A stretch of DNA of 64,000 nt from Candidatus Eiseniibacteriota bacterium (GTDB lineage Bacteria > Eisenbacteria > RBG-16-71-46 > CAZAMP01), in contig OZ245046.1 of NCBI GenBank assembly GCA_965224245.1, positions 1,216,001 through 1,280,000 on the forward strand. Direction: 5' to 3'. Shown here one piece after another: positions 9,169-20,010 of the stretch (position 1 is the first letter of the stretch; each line of letters begins with the position of its first letter). The notes beneath the pieces were generated by a model, which was not told the DNA's origin, ran no database searches, and saw nothing but the letters and a program-made list of their open reading frames with translations. A program made the translations under genes and the position numbers.

Positions 9169-11303
9169 GCGAGACGTTGCCCGACCGCTCAGGCGAGCTC
9201 CTCCGGGTTCCGGCCCGGTTCCCCACGCGCGTGGTGAAGATCGGGGATCTCGCCATCGGTGGGGAATACCCGATCCTCGTGCAGTCGATGACGATCTCGG
9301 ACACGATGCGCACCGACGACGTCGTGGCCGAGATCCGCGCGCTCGTCGACGCGGGGTGTCCGCTGGTGCGACTCACGGCGCCATCGAAGGCCGACGCCCA
9401 GAACATCCGCGAGATCCGGCGCCGACTCGATCGCGACGGTGTGCGCGTGCCGCTGGTTGCGGACATTCACTTCACGCCGAGCGCGGCGCTCGTGGCCGCG
9501 GAGATCGTGGAGAAGGTCCGCATCAACCCCGGCAACTACGCCGATCGGAAGAAGTTCGAGGTCTTCGAGATCTCCGACGCTGCGTACGCGTCCGAGCTCG
9601 CGCGCATCCGCGAGCGCGTCCTGCCCCTGGTGCGCCGTCTGAAGGACACCGGCGCCGCGCTCCGGATCGGCACGAACCACGGCTCGCTGTCCGACCGCAT
9701 CCTCAACCGCTACGGCGACACGCCCGAGGGCATGGTCGAGTCGGCGCTCGAGTTCGTGCGCATCTGCGAGGACGAGTCGTATCACGACATCGTGCTCTCG
9801 ATGAAGTCCTCGATCCCCAGCGTGATGATCGCCGCCTACCGCCTCCTGGTGCAGCGCATGTCGGCCGAGGGCATGAGCTACCCCATTCACCTGGGTGTGA
9901 CCGAGGCCGGCGACGGGATCGAGGGGCGGATCAAGAGCGCAATCGGGATCGGCTCGCTGCTCGCGTCGGGCATCGGGGACACGATCCGCGTGTCGCTCAC
10001 CGAGGATTCCCATCACGAGATTCCGGCCGCGCGGAACATCCTGGAGGCGATCGCGATCGAGCGCGATCGGGCCCTGGCGGATGGGGACCGGGAGGCCGAG
10101 TCGGCGGTGCACGCAGCCGGGGCCGCGCTCCCGAACCGTGTGGACCGGGCCGAGGTCGAGAGCTGGAGAACGCTCTCCACCCTCGCGTGGTCGACCCGGC
10201 GGCGGAGCGGCGTCTGGGACCTCCCCGGAGTCTCGATCGGGGGGACGCACCCGATCCGGATCGAGCGCCGCGTCCACACCGAGGTGCCCGGCGCATCGGA
10301 TGCCGACGCGACCGCGCTCCTGGGTGCCGAGGCCGCGGCCGGCCGCCCGGCGGAGCTGATGTCGATCGTGCTCGATCCGGCGGCCTCATCGCCCGCGGAG
10401 GCGAACGACGCCGTTCGCCAAGCCCGCGAGGCGGCGCCCGGCGTTTCGGTGCTCGTCGAGTGCGCGACCCGACCCGACCCGGCCTGGATCGCGGCGCTCG
10501 CGTCCGGCGTCGACGCGGTCGGGCTTCACGCGGTGGACGCGAGCGACGTACTCATGGAGGCACTCTCGCCGCTGGGATGTCCGATCCGCTGGCGCCTGGC
10601 TACCGGCGTCGATCCGGCGCCGACCGTTCGGGAGATCCTCGGGCGGGCGGGCGGCCGATCCATGCCCACGGGCTTCGTGCTCACCCCGGGACCCGGATAC
10701 GTGTCGCGGGGTCGCGCGCTCGGGGACGCACTCGCGGAGAGCGACGCGCTCGTGTTCCTGGAGGCGCCGGCCGACGGTGCGAGCCTCCCGGTCGCCGCGG
10801 GCACGCTGATCACCGAGGGGATCGGTGACGCGATCTGCCTGGTCACGCACCACCCCGACGGCCGGGTGCTGGTGGCCGCGCCGCCCTGGCCGGCCGGCGG
10901 AGTGCCCTGGACGCGCGATCCGGTGTCCGATGCCTACCGGCTTCTTCAGGCGTGTCGGGTCCGGCTCACGCGCGCCGAGTTCATTGCCTGTCCATCCTGC
11001 GGGCGCACGCAGTTCGATCTGCAGGCGACCACGGCGAGGATCCGCCGGCGAACCCAGCATCTCGAGGGCGTGAAGATCGCCATCATGGGATGCATCGTGA
11101 ACGGACCGGGCGAGATGGCCGACGCCGATTTTGGCTACGTGGGCAGCGGTCGCGGTCGGGTGGACCTGTACGTCGGAAAGGAACGCGTGGCGAGGAACAT
11201 CCCCGCTGACGAGGCCGAGGATCGACTCGTCGACCTGCTCGACGCGCACGGCGCATGGGTATCGCCGCCGGAGCCGGACGGCGGCGCCGAGGCGCCCGTG
11301 TGA
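9165..11303 (+). CDS. ispG: (E)-4-hydroxy-3-methylbut-2-enyl-diphosphate synthase, long form with central insert
   Basis: [48 protein letters not shown]-terminal CPSCGRT and [15 protein letters not shown]. Confidence 0.96.
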   Translation: MSETLPDRSGELLRVPARFPTRVVKIGDLAIGGEYPILVQSMTISDTMRTDDVVAEIRALVDAGCPLVRLTAPSKADAQNIREIRRRLDRDGVRVPLVADIHFTPSAALVAAEIVEKVRINPGNYADRKKFEVFEISDAAYASELARIRERVLPLVRRLKDTGAALRIGTNHGSLSDRILNRYGDTPEGMVESALEFVRICEDESYHDIVLSMKSSIPSVMIAAYRLLVQRMSAEGMSYPIHLGVTEAGDGIEGRIKSAIGIGSLLASGIGDTIRVSLTEDSHHEIPAARNILEAIAIERDRALADGDREAESAVHAAGAALPNRVDRAEVESWRTLSTLAWSTRRRSGVWDLPGVSIGGTHPIRIERRVHTEVPGASDADATALLGAEAAAGRPAELMSIVLDPAASSPAEANDAVRQAREAAPGVSVLVECATRPDPAWIAALASGVDAVGLHAVDASDVLMEALSPLGCPIRWRLATGVDPAPTVREILGRAGGRSMPTGFVLTPGPGYVSRGRALGDALAESDALVFLEAPADGASLPVAAGTLITEGIGDAICLVTHHPDGRVLVAAPPWPAGGVPWTRDPVSDAYRLLQACRVRLTRAEFIACPSCGRTQFDLQATTARIRRRTQHLEGVKIAIMGCIVNGPGEMADADFGYVGSGRGRVDLYVGKERVARNIPADEAEDRLVDLLDAHGAWVSPPEPDGGAEAPV

Positions 11304-11305
11304 GT

Positions 11306-11662
11306 CTAGCCCGTGCCCTTCGGGGCGAAGTCGGCCAGCGCGTCGGCCTCGCTGGCATGCACCTCGAAGATCGCGATCAGCCCGGTCACGAGCAGCACCT
11401 TCTTGACGCGCTCGCTGGCGTTGACCAGCCGCAGTCGGCCCTGGTTGTTCTTGAGCGTGGTGTAGACGCGGGTCAGGATGCCGATGCCTCCCGAGCTCAT
11501 CCAGGGAACACCGGCGAGGTCGGCCAGGATGTGGTGGTGCCCGCTCGAGATGGCGTCCGCGACGGCGGCGGTGATCTGATCGGACTCGGGACCGCCCAGC
11601 ATCTCGCCCTCGAGGCGCAAGATGACGACGCCGTCGGCGGTCAGTTCGCGTGTGATCTCCAT
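11306..11662 (-). CDS. STAS-domain anti-sigma factor antagonist
   Basis: 3' part of the long minus ORF: MEITRE...ILADLAGVPWMSSGGIGIL...LRLVNASERVKKVLLVTGL; GGAGGG RBS upstream. Confidence 0.88.
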   Translation of the reverse strand: MEITRELTADGVVILRLEGEMLGGPESDQITAAVADAISSGHHHILADLAGVPWMSSGGIGILTRVYTTLKNNQGRLRLVNASERVKKVLLVTGLIAIFEVHASEADALADFAPKGTG

Positions 11663-11869
11663 CTCGTTCCCTCCGGTCGGCCGTCCGTGAGGCATCCATC
11701 GACTCCTCGCGCAGTGTGCTACGAGTTCGGATCGGGTGCAAGGCTCGGTGGTCGCTCCGGGGAGCGGTGCTTGTCTCCGACGTCCGGGAGTTCCTATACT
11801 GCAGACGCTCACCGTCGCCGATCCGCCGCGCCCGAGCGCGGCCTTCCCGATGCACGCGCGAGGCCGTGA

Positions 11870-13609
11870 ATGAGACCAGACGATCTGGACTTCGACACGC
11901 TGCGGTCCCAGATCATCGGCGTGGATTCCACGTTCTGGACGCCGTTCGGCGAGCGCATGCTGATCTACTGCGACTACACCGCTAGCGGACGCTGTCTTCA
12001 CTTCATCGAACGCTACCTGATGAACCTCCAGCGCCGGTACGCCAACACGCACACCGAGGACGACGTCACCGGGCGTAGCATGACGCGCCTGCTCCACGAT
12101 GCCGAGCACTCGATCAAGCGCTCGCTCAACGCGGGGCCGGGGGGGCGCATCATCGCCTGCGGGACCGGGGCCACCGCGGCCATCGACAAGCTCCAGCAGA
12201 TGCTCGGCGTGGCGATCCCGCCGGCGACGCGCGCGCGGTTGCTCGACGTCGCGACCGAGACCTTCGGGCCGGAGGGCGGCGCGCGGTTTCGGGACGCAGT
12301 CGGGACGCGACAGCCCGTCGTCTTCGTGGGGCCTTACGAGCACCACTCCAACGAGGTCACCTGGCGCGAGGGGCTGGCCACGGTCGTCGAGGTCCGGCTC
12401 ACGCACGACGGCTCGGTGTGCCTCGATCATCTGGAGGCGCAGCTGACCGATGCCGCGTACCGGGGTCGCCCGAAGATCGGCTCGTTCAGCGCCGCCTCCA
12501 ACGTGACCGGCATGGTGACGCCCGTGCACGAGGTGGCCCGCAGCCTCCATCGCCATGGTGCGATCGCGTGCTTCGACTACGCGGCGAGCGGTCCCTACGT
12601 GAAGATCGACATGAACCCCGCCGACGACCCCGAGGCGTCGCTGGACGCGGTGTTCATCTCGCCGCACAAGTTCCTGGGGGGGCCGGGCTCGTCGGGGATC
12701 CTCGTGTTCAACGAGCGTCTCTACCACCGTGAGCTGCCCCCGACCGTCGGTGGGGGCGGCACCGTCGACTACGTCGGATACGACACGCACGATTTCATCG
12801 ACGACATCGAGGAGCGTGAGAAGGCGGGCACGCCCGGAGTGCTCCAGCTCCTGAAGGCGTCGCTCGCCTTCCAGGTGAAGGACGCGATCGGCGTGGAGCG
12901 CATCGATCGGCGCGAGCGCGAGCTCATGCGTCGAGCGATGGCGGGCTGGTCGTCTCACGACCACATCGAGATCCTGGGCAACCCGGACGCGTCGCGCCGT
13001 GTGGCCATCGTCAGCTTCAACGTGACCGCGCCCGACGGGTCGTACCTTCATCCGAAGTTCGTGACCACGCTCGCCAACGACCTCTTCGGCGTCCAGTCCC
13101 GCGCGGGCTGCTCGTGCGCGGGACCGTACGGGCACCGCCTCCTGCACATCGACCGGCCGACCTCGGATCGGTATCGCCGGTGGATTCGCAAGGGATACCA
13201 GGGCATCAAGCCCGGCTGGTGCCGCATCGGGTTTCACTACGTCATGGACGACGCCGAGGCCGACTTCGTCATCGATGCGGTCCGGTTCATCGCCGATCAC
13301 GGGCATCTGTTCCTGCCGCTGTACGACTTCGACGTCGCCACCGGCGCCTGGAACCATCGCGAGCCGCAGCCGGACGATCACGCGTTCTCGCTCGAGCGCG
13401 CGCTGAGCGCAGCGGAGACCACGGTCACGGCGCGGGCGCTGCCCGAGCGTGAGGCTGACTACTCCCGGTATCTGGCAGAGGCTCACGCCTGGGCCTCGCG
13501 ACTGGGTGGCCAGGCCGAAGGGGCGACCACGCGGCTCGACGGAGAGGTCGGCGAGCTCCAGTACTTCCGGCTGCCCAGCTGCTCGTGCGTCCGCAAGCAT
13601 CCCGTCTGA
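11870..13609 (+). CDS. Aminotransferase class V / cysteine desulfurase-like PLP enzyme
   Basis: YCDYTASGR, YANTHTE, GPYEHHSNE, FSAASNVTG, ISPHKFLGGPG (PLP Lys), RAGCSCAGPYGH. Confidence 0.9.
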   Translation: MRPDDLDFDTLRSQIIGVDSTFWTPFGERMLIYCDYTASGRCLHFIERYLMNLQRRYANTHTEDDVTGRSMTRLLHDAEHSIKRSLNAGPGGRIIACGTGATAAIDKLQQMLGVAIPPATRARLLDVATETFGPEGGARFRDAVGTRQPVVFVGPYEHHSNEVTWREGLATVVEVRLTHDGSVCLDHLEAQLTDAAYRGRPKIGSFSAASNVTGMVTPVHEVARSLHRHGAIACFDYAASGPYVKIDMNPADDPEASLDAVFISPHKFLGGPGSSGILVFNERLYHRELPPTVGGGGTVDYVGYDTHDFIDDIEEREKAGTPGVLQLLKASLAFQVKDAIGVERIDRRERELMRRAMAGWSSHDHIEILGNPDASRRVAIVSFNVTAPDGSYLHPKFVTTLANDLFGVQSRAGCSCAGPYGHRLLHIDRPTSDRYRRWIRKGYQGIKPGWCRIGFHYVMDDAEADFVIDAVRFIADHGHLFLPLYDFDVATGAWNHREPQPDDHAFSLERALSAAETTVTARALPEREADYSRYLAEAHAWASRLGGQAEGATTRLDGEVGELQYFRLPSCSCVRKHPV

Positions 13610-13632
13610 ACCGCGCTTTTCCGGTACTCGCG

Positions 13633-13661
13633 TTGACCGTGCGCACCCCGACTGTGACAAT
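13633..13661 (+). promoter_or_regulatory. Putative sigma70-type promoter for the CoA-transferase genes
   Basis: TTGACC-17 bp-GACAAT with TG extension, upstream of AGGAG RBS and ATG 13705. Confidence 0.5.
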
Positions 13662-13704
13662 ACCCGCCGTCCGGGCGCCGGGGCGCTCGCTGAAACAGGA
13701 GTGA

Positions 13705-14418
13705 ATGTCGATGAAGAAGGTGGTGCGCGACGCGCACGAAGCGCTCGAGCGATCGGGCATGGGGGACGGTGCCGTCGTCATGGCGGGCGGGTTCGGGCTC
13801 TGCGGCATCCCCGAGAACGCGATCTCGGCGATCCGTGACGAGGGCTGGAAGAACCTCACGATCATCAGCAACAACTGCGGCGTGGACGACTTCGGTCTCG
13901 GTCTTCTCTTGCAGACGCGGCAGATCAAGAAGATGGTCTCCAGCTACGTCGGCGAGAACGCGGAGTTCGAGCGCCAGTTCCTCGCGGGGGAGCTCGAGGT
14001 CGATCTGGTGCCGCAGGGGACGCTGGCCGAGCGGTGTCGGGCGGCCGCGGCCGGGATACCCGGGTTCTTCACGCCGACCGGCGTGGGAACCGTGGTGGCC
14101 GAGGGAAAGGAGCACCGCGAGTTCGGTGGGCGCACGTACATCCTCGAGGAGGCGCTCCACGCCGAGTTCGCCGTCGTCAAGGCGTACGCCGGGGATCACT
14201 CGGGCAACCTCGTCTACCGCAAGACCGCGCGCAACTTCAACCCGATGATGGCCCAGGCGGCCACGATCACGATCGCCGAGGTCGAGACGCTCGTTCCCAC
14301 GGGCGAGATCGATCCCGATCACGTTCACACGCCCGGCGTCTACGTCGACTTCATCTTCCAGGGTACGAACTATGAAAAGCGTATCGAGCAGAGAACGAAT
14401 CGTCCTGCGGGCAGCTAG
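13705..14418 (+). CDS. scoA: 3-oxoacid CoA-transferase subunit A
   Basis: [47 protein letters not shown]. Confidence 0.9.
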   Translation: MSMKKVVRDAHEALERSGMGDGAVVMAGGFGLCGIPENAISAIRDEGWKNLTIISNNCGVDDFGLGLLLQTRQIKKMVSSYVGENAEFERQFLAGELEVDLVPQGTLAERCRAAAAGIPGFFTPTGVGTVVAEGKEHREFGGRTYILEEALHAEFAVVKAYAGDHSGNLVYRKTARNFNPMMAQAATITIAEVETLVPTGEIDPDHVHTPGVYVDFIFQGTNYEKRIEQRTNRPAGS

Positions 14419-15034
14419 AGAGCTGAAGGACGGGTTCTACGTCAACCTCGGCATCGGCATGCCGACGCTCGTCGCGAATCACATTCCCGAGGGCGTCGAG
14501 ATCGTGCTGGAATCGGAGAATGGGCTCCTCGGCATCGGCCCCTTTCCGTTCGAGGGGGAAGAAGATGCCGATCTGATCAACGCCGGCAAGCAGACCATCA
14601 CCGAGGTTCCCGGCTCGTCTTACTTCTCGTCGAGCGAGAGCTTCGAGATGATCCGGGGCGGCCACGTCGACCTCACGATCATGGGAGGGATGGAGGTCAG
14701 CCAGGCCGGCGATCTGGCCAACTGGATGATTCCCGGAAAGATGGTCAAGGGCATGGGCGGCGGGATGGACCTCGTGGCGAGCGCGAAGAAGGTCGTCATC
14801 ATCATGACGCACACCAACAAGGTGGGTGAGTCGAAGGTCCTCCGCGAGTGCCGGCTTCCCCTGACCGGCGTCGGCTGCGTCAACCGGCTGATCACCGATC
14901 ACGCGGTGTTCGACTTCGAGGACGGTCGGATGATCCTGCGCGAGCTGGCGCCCGGTACCACGCTGGACGCGCTGCGCGAGATCACAGAGGCGTCGTTCAC
15001 GGTGCCGGACGACGTGATCGAGATGCCGATCTGA
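14372..15034 (+). CDS. scoB: 3-oxoacid CoA-transferase subunit B
   Basis: [17 protein letters not shown] (active-site Glu), [24 protein letters not shown]. Confidence 0.9.
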   Translation: MKSVSSRERIVLRAARELKDGFYVNLGIGMPTLVANHIPEGVEIVLESENGLLGIGPFPFEGEEDADLINAGKQTITEVPGSSYFSSSESFEMIRGGHVDLTIMGGMEVSQAGDLANWMIPGKMVKGMGGGMDLVASAKKVVIIMTHTNKVGESKVLRECRLPLTGVGCVNRLITDHAVFDFEDGRMILRELAPGTTLDALREITEASFTVPDDVIEMPI

Positions 15035-15260
15035 TCCACCGACCCGCACAGATGTCGACGTATCCCGCCGCCCGGTGCCCCACGCCGTGCGGCGGGGTCT
15101 TTGCGTCGCCCGCGCGGGTCCGGAGAGGCGACGGGCGACGAGGACGGCATGGGGTCGGCTCACGCGGCCCCTGTCTCCCAAAAAGTCCCTGGTTGACGCA
15201 GGCGACTCGGCGCTAGAATCGGCCATGATGCGCGAGCCACCTCGGCCTGGGAGCTGAATC

Positions 15261-16838
15261 GTGCCGACCAGAATGCTGACCGTTCTCCTCGCCGTGTCGT
15301 TGCTTCCCACCTCGGCTTCCGCCGATCTCGTTCGGGAGCTGGATCCGAGCCCGCCAGTACGGACCGATCGCGACGCATTCGGATGCGAGGGCGACATTCG
15401 CTGGGAGAGCCCGGTCAGCGCCGGGACGATCGCGTCCCAGTACGACGTTTGCTATCCATTCGATGCCGAGGCGGCCGCCTCCTTCGTCGGCGATGGTGGT
15501 GACGTGGTCGGTTTCGGATGGTGGGGAGCCGAGCAGGCGGGCGTCGCCCCGGGGGCGTTTCGCTTCACGATCTACGCGTCCGCAGCCGACGGAGACGTCG
15601 AGGTTCCAGGAGAGATGCTCTTCACCGAGACCACGAGCGACGTCACGAGGACGCCGGGGTCGACGGCGTCCTACTGCGCGAACCTCGCCGACGTCTTCTC
15701 CACGCTCGCCGGGGAGACGTACTGGCTCGTCGTTCAGGCCGTGAGCTGCTTCGAGGAGGATGGACAGTGGTTCCGGCGCTACTCCACCGAATGTACGTGG
15801 GGAACGTACCTCCGCGCGGAGGCCTTCGGGACACCCGACTGGGAGCTCGTCAACCCGCACGACGCGGCCTTCGTCGTCTACTACGCGACGGACCCCGTGC
15901 CGCTGACGACGCCGAGAGCGAGTGTCCACACACGCCGCGTGACCGGCGGCGACACCCACGCGCGCGCGCTCGGTGTGGCGTGTGACGAGGGAGTCCTCGT
16001 CTGGGAGCAGCTGCCGTCACTCACCGACGGCATGTCCAGTCAGGACGACGTCTGCTATCCGTTCACGTCCGAGGTGGCGGATGGCTTCGTCGGCATATCG
16101 GGGCAGATCGTCGCAGTCGAGTGGTGGGGGGGGTTCTGGAACGGCTCGCCGGTTCCGATCGATCAGTTCCGGATCCGGCTGTATCAGCCCGACGGTGAGT
16201 GTCCCGGCGCGCCCCTCGCCGATGTTCTGATCGACACCTACGATGCCGCCGAGGTGGAGCCCGGGAGCACGTACTACCACTACTGTGCATCGCTTCCGAC
16301 CCCGCTCGTCACGGGGGCGGTTCCCTACGACATCAGCATCCAGGCCGTCCACTGCTTCCCGCCTCAATGGGGCTGGGTCACCTCGCCGCTCACGCCCGGA
16401 CAGTGTGGCGTGGAAGGCGAGGCGTGTTTCCGTTCGGTGTTCTTCGACTTCGAGGAGTGGACCCCGAGCGGCTTCGTGTTCGGGGTCTCGTACGATGCCG
16501 CGTTCTCGCTCTACTACGACGAGGATCCCATCGCGGTGGGCGACGTCGGCACGACTCCCGACGTCGAGGTCGCTGGCCCGAGGCCCAACCCCGCGCGGAT
16601 CGGCTCGCGAGTCGCCATCGACGTGGAGGGCGTCCACGGGCTCGTCGACGCGTCGATCTACGATGCGGCCGGTCGGGCCATCCGACGACTGGCGCCGGTT
16701 CGGGTGGTCGACGGCGGCGCGGTGCTCACCTGGGATCTCACGTCGCGCTCGGGTGAGCCGGTCCCGGTTGGCGTTTACGTCGTGCGGATCGGCGGCGCGG
16801 GAGCCGTCTCCGCTCGGCGGCTGATCGTCCTTCGGTGA
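15261..16838 (+). CDS. Secreted protein with two copies of an uncharacterised Cys/aromatic-rich domain and FlgD-Ig/T9SS-like CTD
   Basis: Signal peptide; SQYDVCYPF..GWWG versus SQDDVCYPF..EWWGG duplication; C-terminal PRPNP..YDAAGRAIRRL..WDLTSRSG..VGVY. Confidence 0.8.
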   Translation: MPTRMLTVLLAVSLLPTSASADLVRELDPSPPVRTDRDAFGCEGDIRWESPVSAGTIASQYDVCYPFDAEAAASFVGDGGDVVGFGWWGAEQAGVAPGAFRFTIYASAADGDVEVPGEMLFTETTSDVTRTPGSTASYCANLADVFSTLAGETYWLVVQAVSCFEEDGQWFRRYSTECTWGTYLRAEAFGTPDWELVNPHDAAFVVYYATDPVPLTTPRASVHTRRVTGGDTHARALGVACDEGVLVWEQLPSLTDGMSSQDDVCYPFTSEVADGFVGISGQIVAVEWWGGFWNGSPVPIDQFRIRLYQPDGECPGAPLADVLIDTYDAAEVEPGSTYYHYCASLPTPLVTGAVPYDISIQAVHCFPPQWGWVTSPLTPGQCGVEGEACFRSVFFDFEEWTPSGFVFGVSYDAAFSLYYDEDPIAVGDVGTTPDVEVAGPRPNPARIGSRVAIDVEGVHGLVDASIYDAAGRAIRRLAPVRVVDGGAVLTWDLTSRSGEPVPVGVYVVRIGGAGAVSARRLIVLR

Positions 16839-16907
16839 TCTGAGGCGACCCCGTCCACGAGCCGGATGGAGAGCCCGCGCCGCCTGCGGGCGCGGGCCGA
16901 CGCCACG

Positions 16908-17927
16908 CTAGCGGACCGTGTAGCGAATCGAGTGGGAGATCGACGCCAGCGGAACCCCGTCCGCCTCGGCGTAGCCGCTCACCGGCAAGTAGTTGAGCGG
17001 CTGCCCGTGCATACCGGGCAGCACGACGTCCCGACCGGTCGAGAACGTGACGCGGTCGGCACCGAGGTTTCCGTAATAGAACCCCGCACGCTCGGGGTGC
17101 TTGTCGGCCTCCGAGATGTCGACGGGAACCCACGCACCATCCGTGTGGAACCACGCCCAGCAGTGATAGCCGCTCGTGTGGCCGGGCTCGGGGCCCGGCT
17201 CGATCGTGATCCCCATGTCGAACCTGGCCGGGATGCCGTTCGCTCGCGCCAGCGAGATGAACAGCGAGTGGAAGTCGGTGCAGTTCCCGAGCCCGACGTC
17301 GCAGGCGCGCTCGGTGTCTCCGCGTCCCCAGCCCGGGGCAGATTTGTCGTAGCGCATGTGGTCGAGCACGTAGCCATAGAGGGCACGGGGCTCGGCGCCG
17401 ACCGAGTCGGCCAGTGCGCGCACCCGGTCGCTGAGCGTCACGAGCGCCTCCTGGCGAAGGTACAGCTCGTGCTCGCGAGGCTCGAGCTCCTGCGGCACCG
17501 GCGCCCGGACCGACGATCGGTGGATCCGGGCCGAGAGCGCGATCTCGATCGCGGGCGGCGGATCGGTCGCGGTCAGTCGAGCCACCCGATTGCCGAAGTC
17601 TCTGTCGTACAACATGTTCCAAGGATGATCGCAGGTAATCTGGAGGTTCGTGACGTGCTGCTCGGGCCGGACCTGGGGAAGCGCGACCCAGATCACGGCC
17701 TCGGAGGTCTTCTCGGGGATGTCGGAGACGGTCACGGTCCACTCGAGATGGATGCGTTGCAGGCCGGGAACGTCGTCGGCGAGCGTGGCCGGAACCGGAG
17801 CCGCGGGAGATGCGTCGACGATGGGGGTCGCTACCGCGACGAGCCCTGCCGCGACGAGGACGAGGCCTGCTCTCCCGTGGACCCCGCGAGCCACTCGCGG
17901 CCGTTCGTCGATCTTCGTGTCGGTCAT
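16908..17927 (-). CDS. Transglutaminase-like domain protein, probably exported
   Basis: GNCTDFH (Cys), YHCWAWF (His), WVPVD (Asp) triad; hydrophobic N-terminal segment. Confidence 0.88.
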   Translation of the reverse strand: MTDTKIDERPRVARGVHGRAGLVLVAAGLVAVATPIVDASPAAPVPATLADDVPGLQRIHLEWTVTVSDIPEKTSEAVIWVALPQVRPEQHVTNLQITCDHPWNMLYDRDFGNRVARLTATDPPPAIEIALSARIHRSSVRAPVPQELEPREHELYLRQEALVTLSDRVRALADSVGAEPRALYGYVLDHMRYDKSAPGWGRGDTERACDVGLGNCTDFHSLFISLARANGIPARFDMGITIEPGPEPGHTSGYHCWAWFHTDGAWVPVDISEADKHPERAGFYYGNLGADRVTFSTGRDVVLPGMHGQPLNYLPVSGYAEADGVPLASISHSIRYTVR

Positions 17928-18044
17928 GTAGCCTGCCCCTGGGACGTTCGGGTGCAAATCCAGTCGACTCGACAGTCGAACCCCGCCGCCGGCCCCGAGG
18001 TTTCCCGCCACCGCGGCCGCTCGGGAGTGCTGGCGACCGCCGGC

Positions 18045-19679
18045 CTAGTCGGCCTCCAGGAACGGGTATCGGTAGTCGGTGGGCGGAACGAACGTCTCCT
18101 TGATCGTCCTCGGTGAGACCCACCTGATGAGATTCAGGTGGCTCCCCGCCTTGTCGTTCGTCCCGGATGCCCGGGCGCCCCCGAACGGCTGCTGGCCCAC
18201 GACGGCTCCGGTCGGCTTGTCGTTGACGTAGAAGTTGCCCGCCGCGTTCACGAGCGCCTCGCGCGCCTCGATGATCGCCCGGCGATCGCGGGCGAACACC
18301 GCACCGGTGAGCGCGTAGGGGCTCGTGGTGTCGACGAGCTCGAGCGTCTTCGACCAGTCGCGCGTGGCGTAGACGTACACCGTCAGCACGGGTCCGAAGA
18401 TCTCCTCCTCCATGAGCTTGAACCGGGGATCCTCGGCCAGGACCACGGTGGGCTCGATGAAGTAGCCCATCGAGTCATCGGATCCACCGCCGAACAGGAT
18501 CTCGGCCTTGCGAGAGCGCTTCGCGAAGTCGATGTACCTGGTGATGCTCGAGAACGCGGCCCGATCGATGACCGCGTTCACGAAGTTCGTGAAGTCGCGG
18601 GGATCGCCCATCGTGATCTCGGCGAGCATGCGGCGCATCTGCTTCTGGACCTTCGGCCACAGGCTCTTGGGAACGTAGGCGCGACTGGCCGCCGAGCACT
18701 TCTGGCCCTGGTACTCGAACGCACCGCGCACGAGCGCGGTGGCCAGGGCGTCGGGATCGGCCGAGGCATGGGCCACGACGAAGTCCTTGCCGCCGGTCTC
18801 GCCGACAATCCGCGGATACGACTCGTATGAGGCGATGTTCCCGCCGATCGTCTGCCACATCGACTGGAAGACGCCCGTGGAGCCGGTGAAGTGCACACCG
18901 GCCAGCTTCGGGTGGGCCAGCACGAGCGGCCCGACCGCGCGGCCGGATCCGGGCACGAAGTTGATGACGCCGTCGGGCACGCCGGCTTCCCGGAAGAGCT
19001 CCATCAGGTAGTGGGCGCTGTAGAGCGCGCTGGAGGCCGGCTTCCACACGACGGTGTTACCCATCATCGCCGGCGCGGTGGGGAGGTTTCCCGCGATCGA
19101 CGTGAAGTTGAACGGGGTGACCGCGAACACGAAGCCCTCCAGCGGGCGGTGCTCGAGCTGGTTCCAGGTTCCCTGCGGGCTGTAGGGAGGCTGCTCGGCG
19201 TAGATCGACTCCATGTACGACGTGTTGAAGTTCAGGAAATCGACGAGCTCGGCGGCAGCGTCGATCTCGGCCTGGAAGACGTTCTTGCTCTGACCGAGCA
19301 TCGTGGCTGCGTTGATCCGATCGCGCCAGGGACCGGAGAGCAGCTCGGCCGCCCGCCGGAAGATCGCCGCGCGTTCCTGCCACGGCATGCGGGCCCAGTC
19401 GTGGCGGGCGGCCAGCGCCGCGTCGATGGCCTGCCGGACCTCCTTCTCGCCGGCCTGGTGACACTCGCCGAGCACGTGCCGGTGGTCGTGAGGCATGGCC
19501 AGCGTGGTGAGCTTGCCGGTCCTCACGGGCTTGCCACCGATGAGGAGGGGGGCCTCGATCCGCTCGGCCGCCATCGCGTCGAGGGTCCGCGACAGCGAGA
19601 CGCGCTCGTGGCTGCCCGGCCGGTACTCGAGCACCGGCTCGTTGACCGGCTCCGGAAGCGTGAAAATGCCGTGCGACAT
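18045..19679 (-). CDS. pruA: L-glutamate gamma-semialdehyde (P5C) dehydrogenase
   Basis: TMLGQSKN, PFNFTSIAGNL, FTGST, GETGGKDF, EYQGQKCSAASR, EEIFGPV, NDKPTGAVVGQQPFGG. Confidence 0.95.
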   Translation of the reverse strand: MSHGIFTLPEPVNEPVLEYRPGSHERVSLSRTLDAMAAERIEAPLLIGGKPVRTGKLTTLAMPHDHRHVLGECHQAGEKEVRQAIDAALAARHDWARMPWQERAAIFRRAAELLSGPWRDRINAATMLGQSKNVFQAEIDAAAELVDFLNFNTSYMESIYAEQPPYSPQGTWNQLEHRPLEGFVFAVTPFNFTSIAGNLPTAPAMMGNTVVWKPASSALYSAHYLMELFREAGVPDGVINFVPGSGRAVGPLVLAHPKLAGVHFTGSTGVFQSMWQTIGGNIASYESYPRIVGETGGKDFVVAHASADPDALATALVRGAFEYQGQKCSAASRAYVPKSLWPKVQKQMRRMLAEITMGDPRDFTNFVNAVIDRAAFSSITRYIDFAKRSRKAEILFGGGSDDSMGYFIEPTVVLAEDPRFKLMEEEIFGPVLTVYVYATRDWSKTLELVDTTSPYALTGAVFARDRRAIIEAREALVNAAGNFYVNDKPTGAVVGQQPFGGARASGTNDKAGSHLNLIRWVSPRTIKETFVPPTDYRYPFLEAD

Positions 19680-20010
19680 GGTGTGGTCTCCCTGAGGCTG
19701 GCCCGCTGCACGAGCCGAAGGTGGCCGTTCGACGCCGGGTCGGCGTCAAGGTGTCGCTCGCCGGTCTAGGCCGATGCGGCCACCGGGAACGCGCACGTGG
19801 AATCATGCAGAAATGGCGCGGGGTTGCAAGTCGGCCCGGGGCCGCCCTGTGCAGGCGCGGGCATTCGCCTTTCGCCGGGCCCGGTACACGGGTATCATCG
19901 CGCGCTTCTCGGGGGCGGCGCGGACGACCGGTCAACCGACCGAACGATGGTCGGCGGTGCGCACCGAACCTGATCAACGAAACTCGCGCGCGACGCGTTC
20001 ACGGGACGAC

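Noticed and set aside
11663-13660. 784-aa minus-strand ORF as an extended STAS protein
   Set aside because: Only the last 118 aa are STAS with their own RBS and ATG; the rest is antisense to the aminotransferase
15193-15219. TTGACG...TAGAAT promoter upstream of 15261
   Set aside because: Good hexamers but only a 15-bp spacer; not confident enough to list
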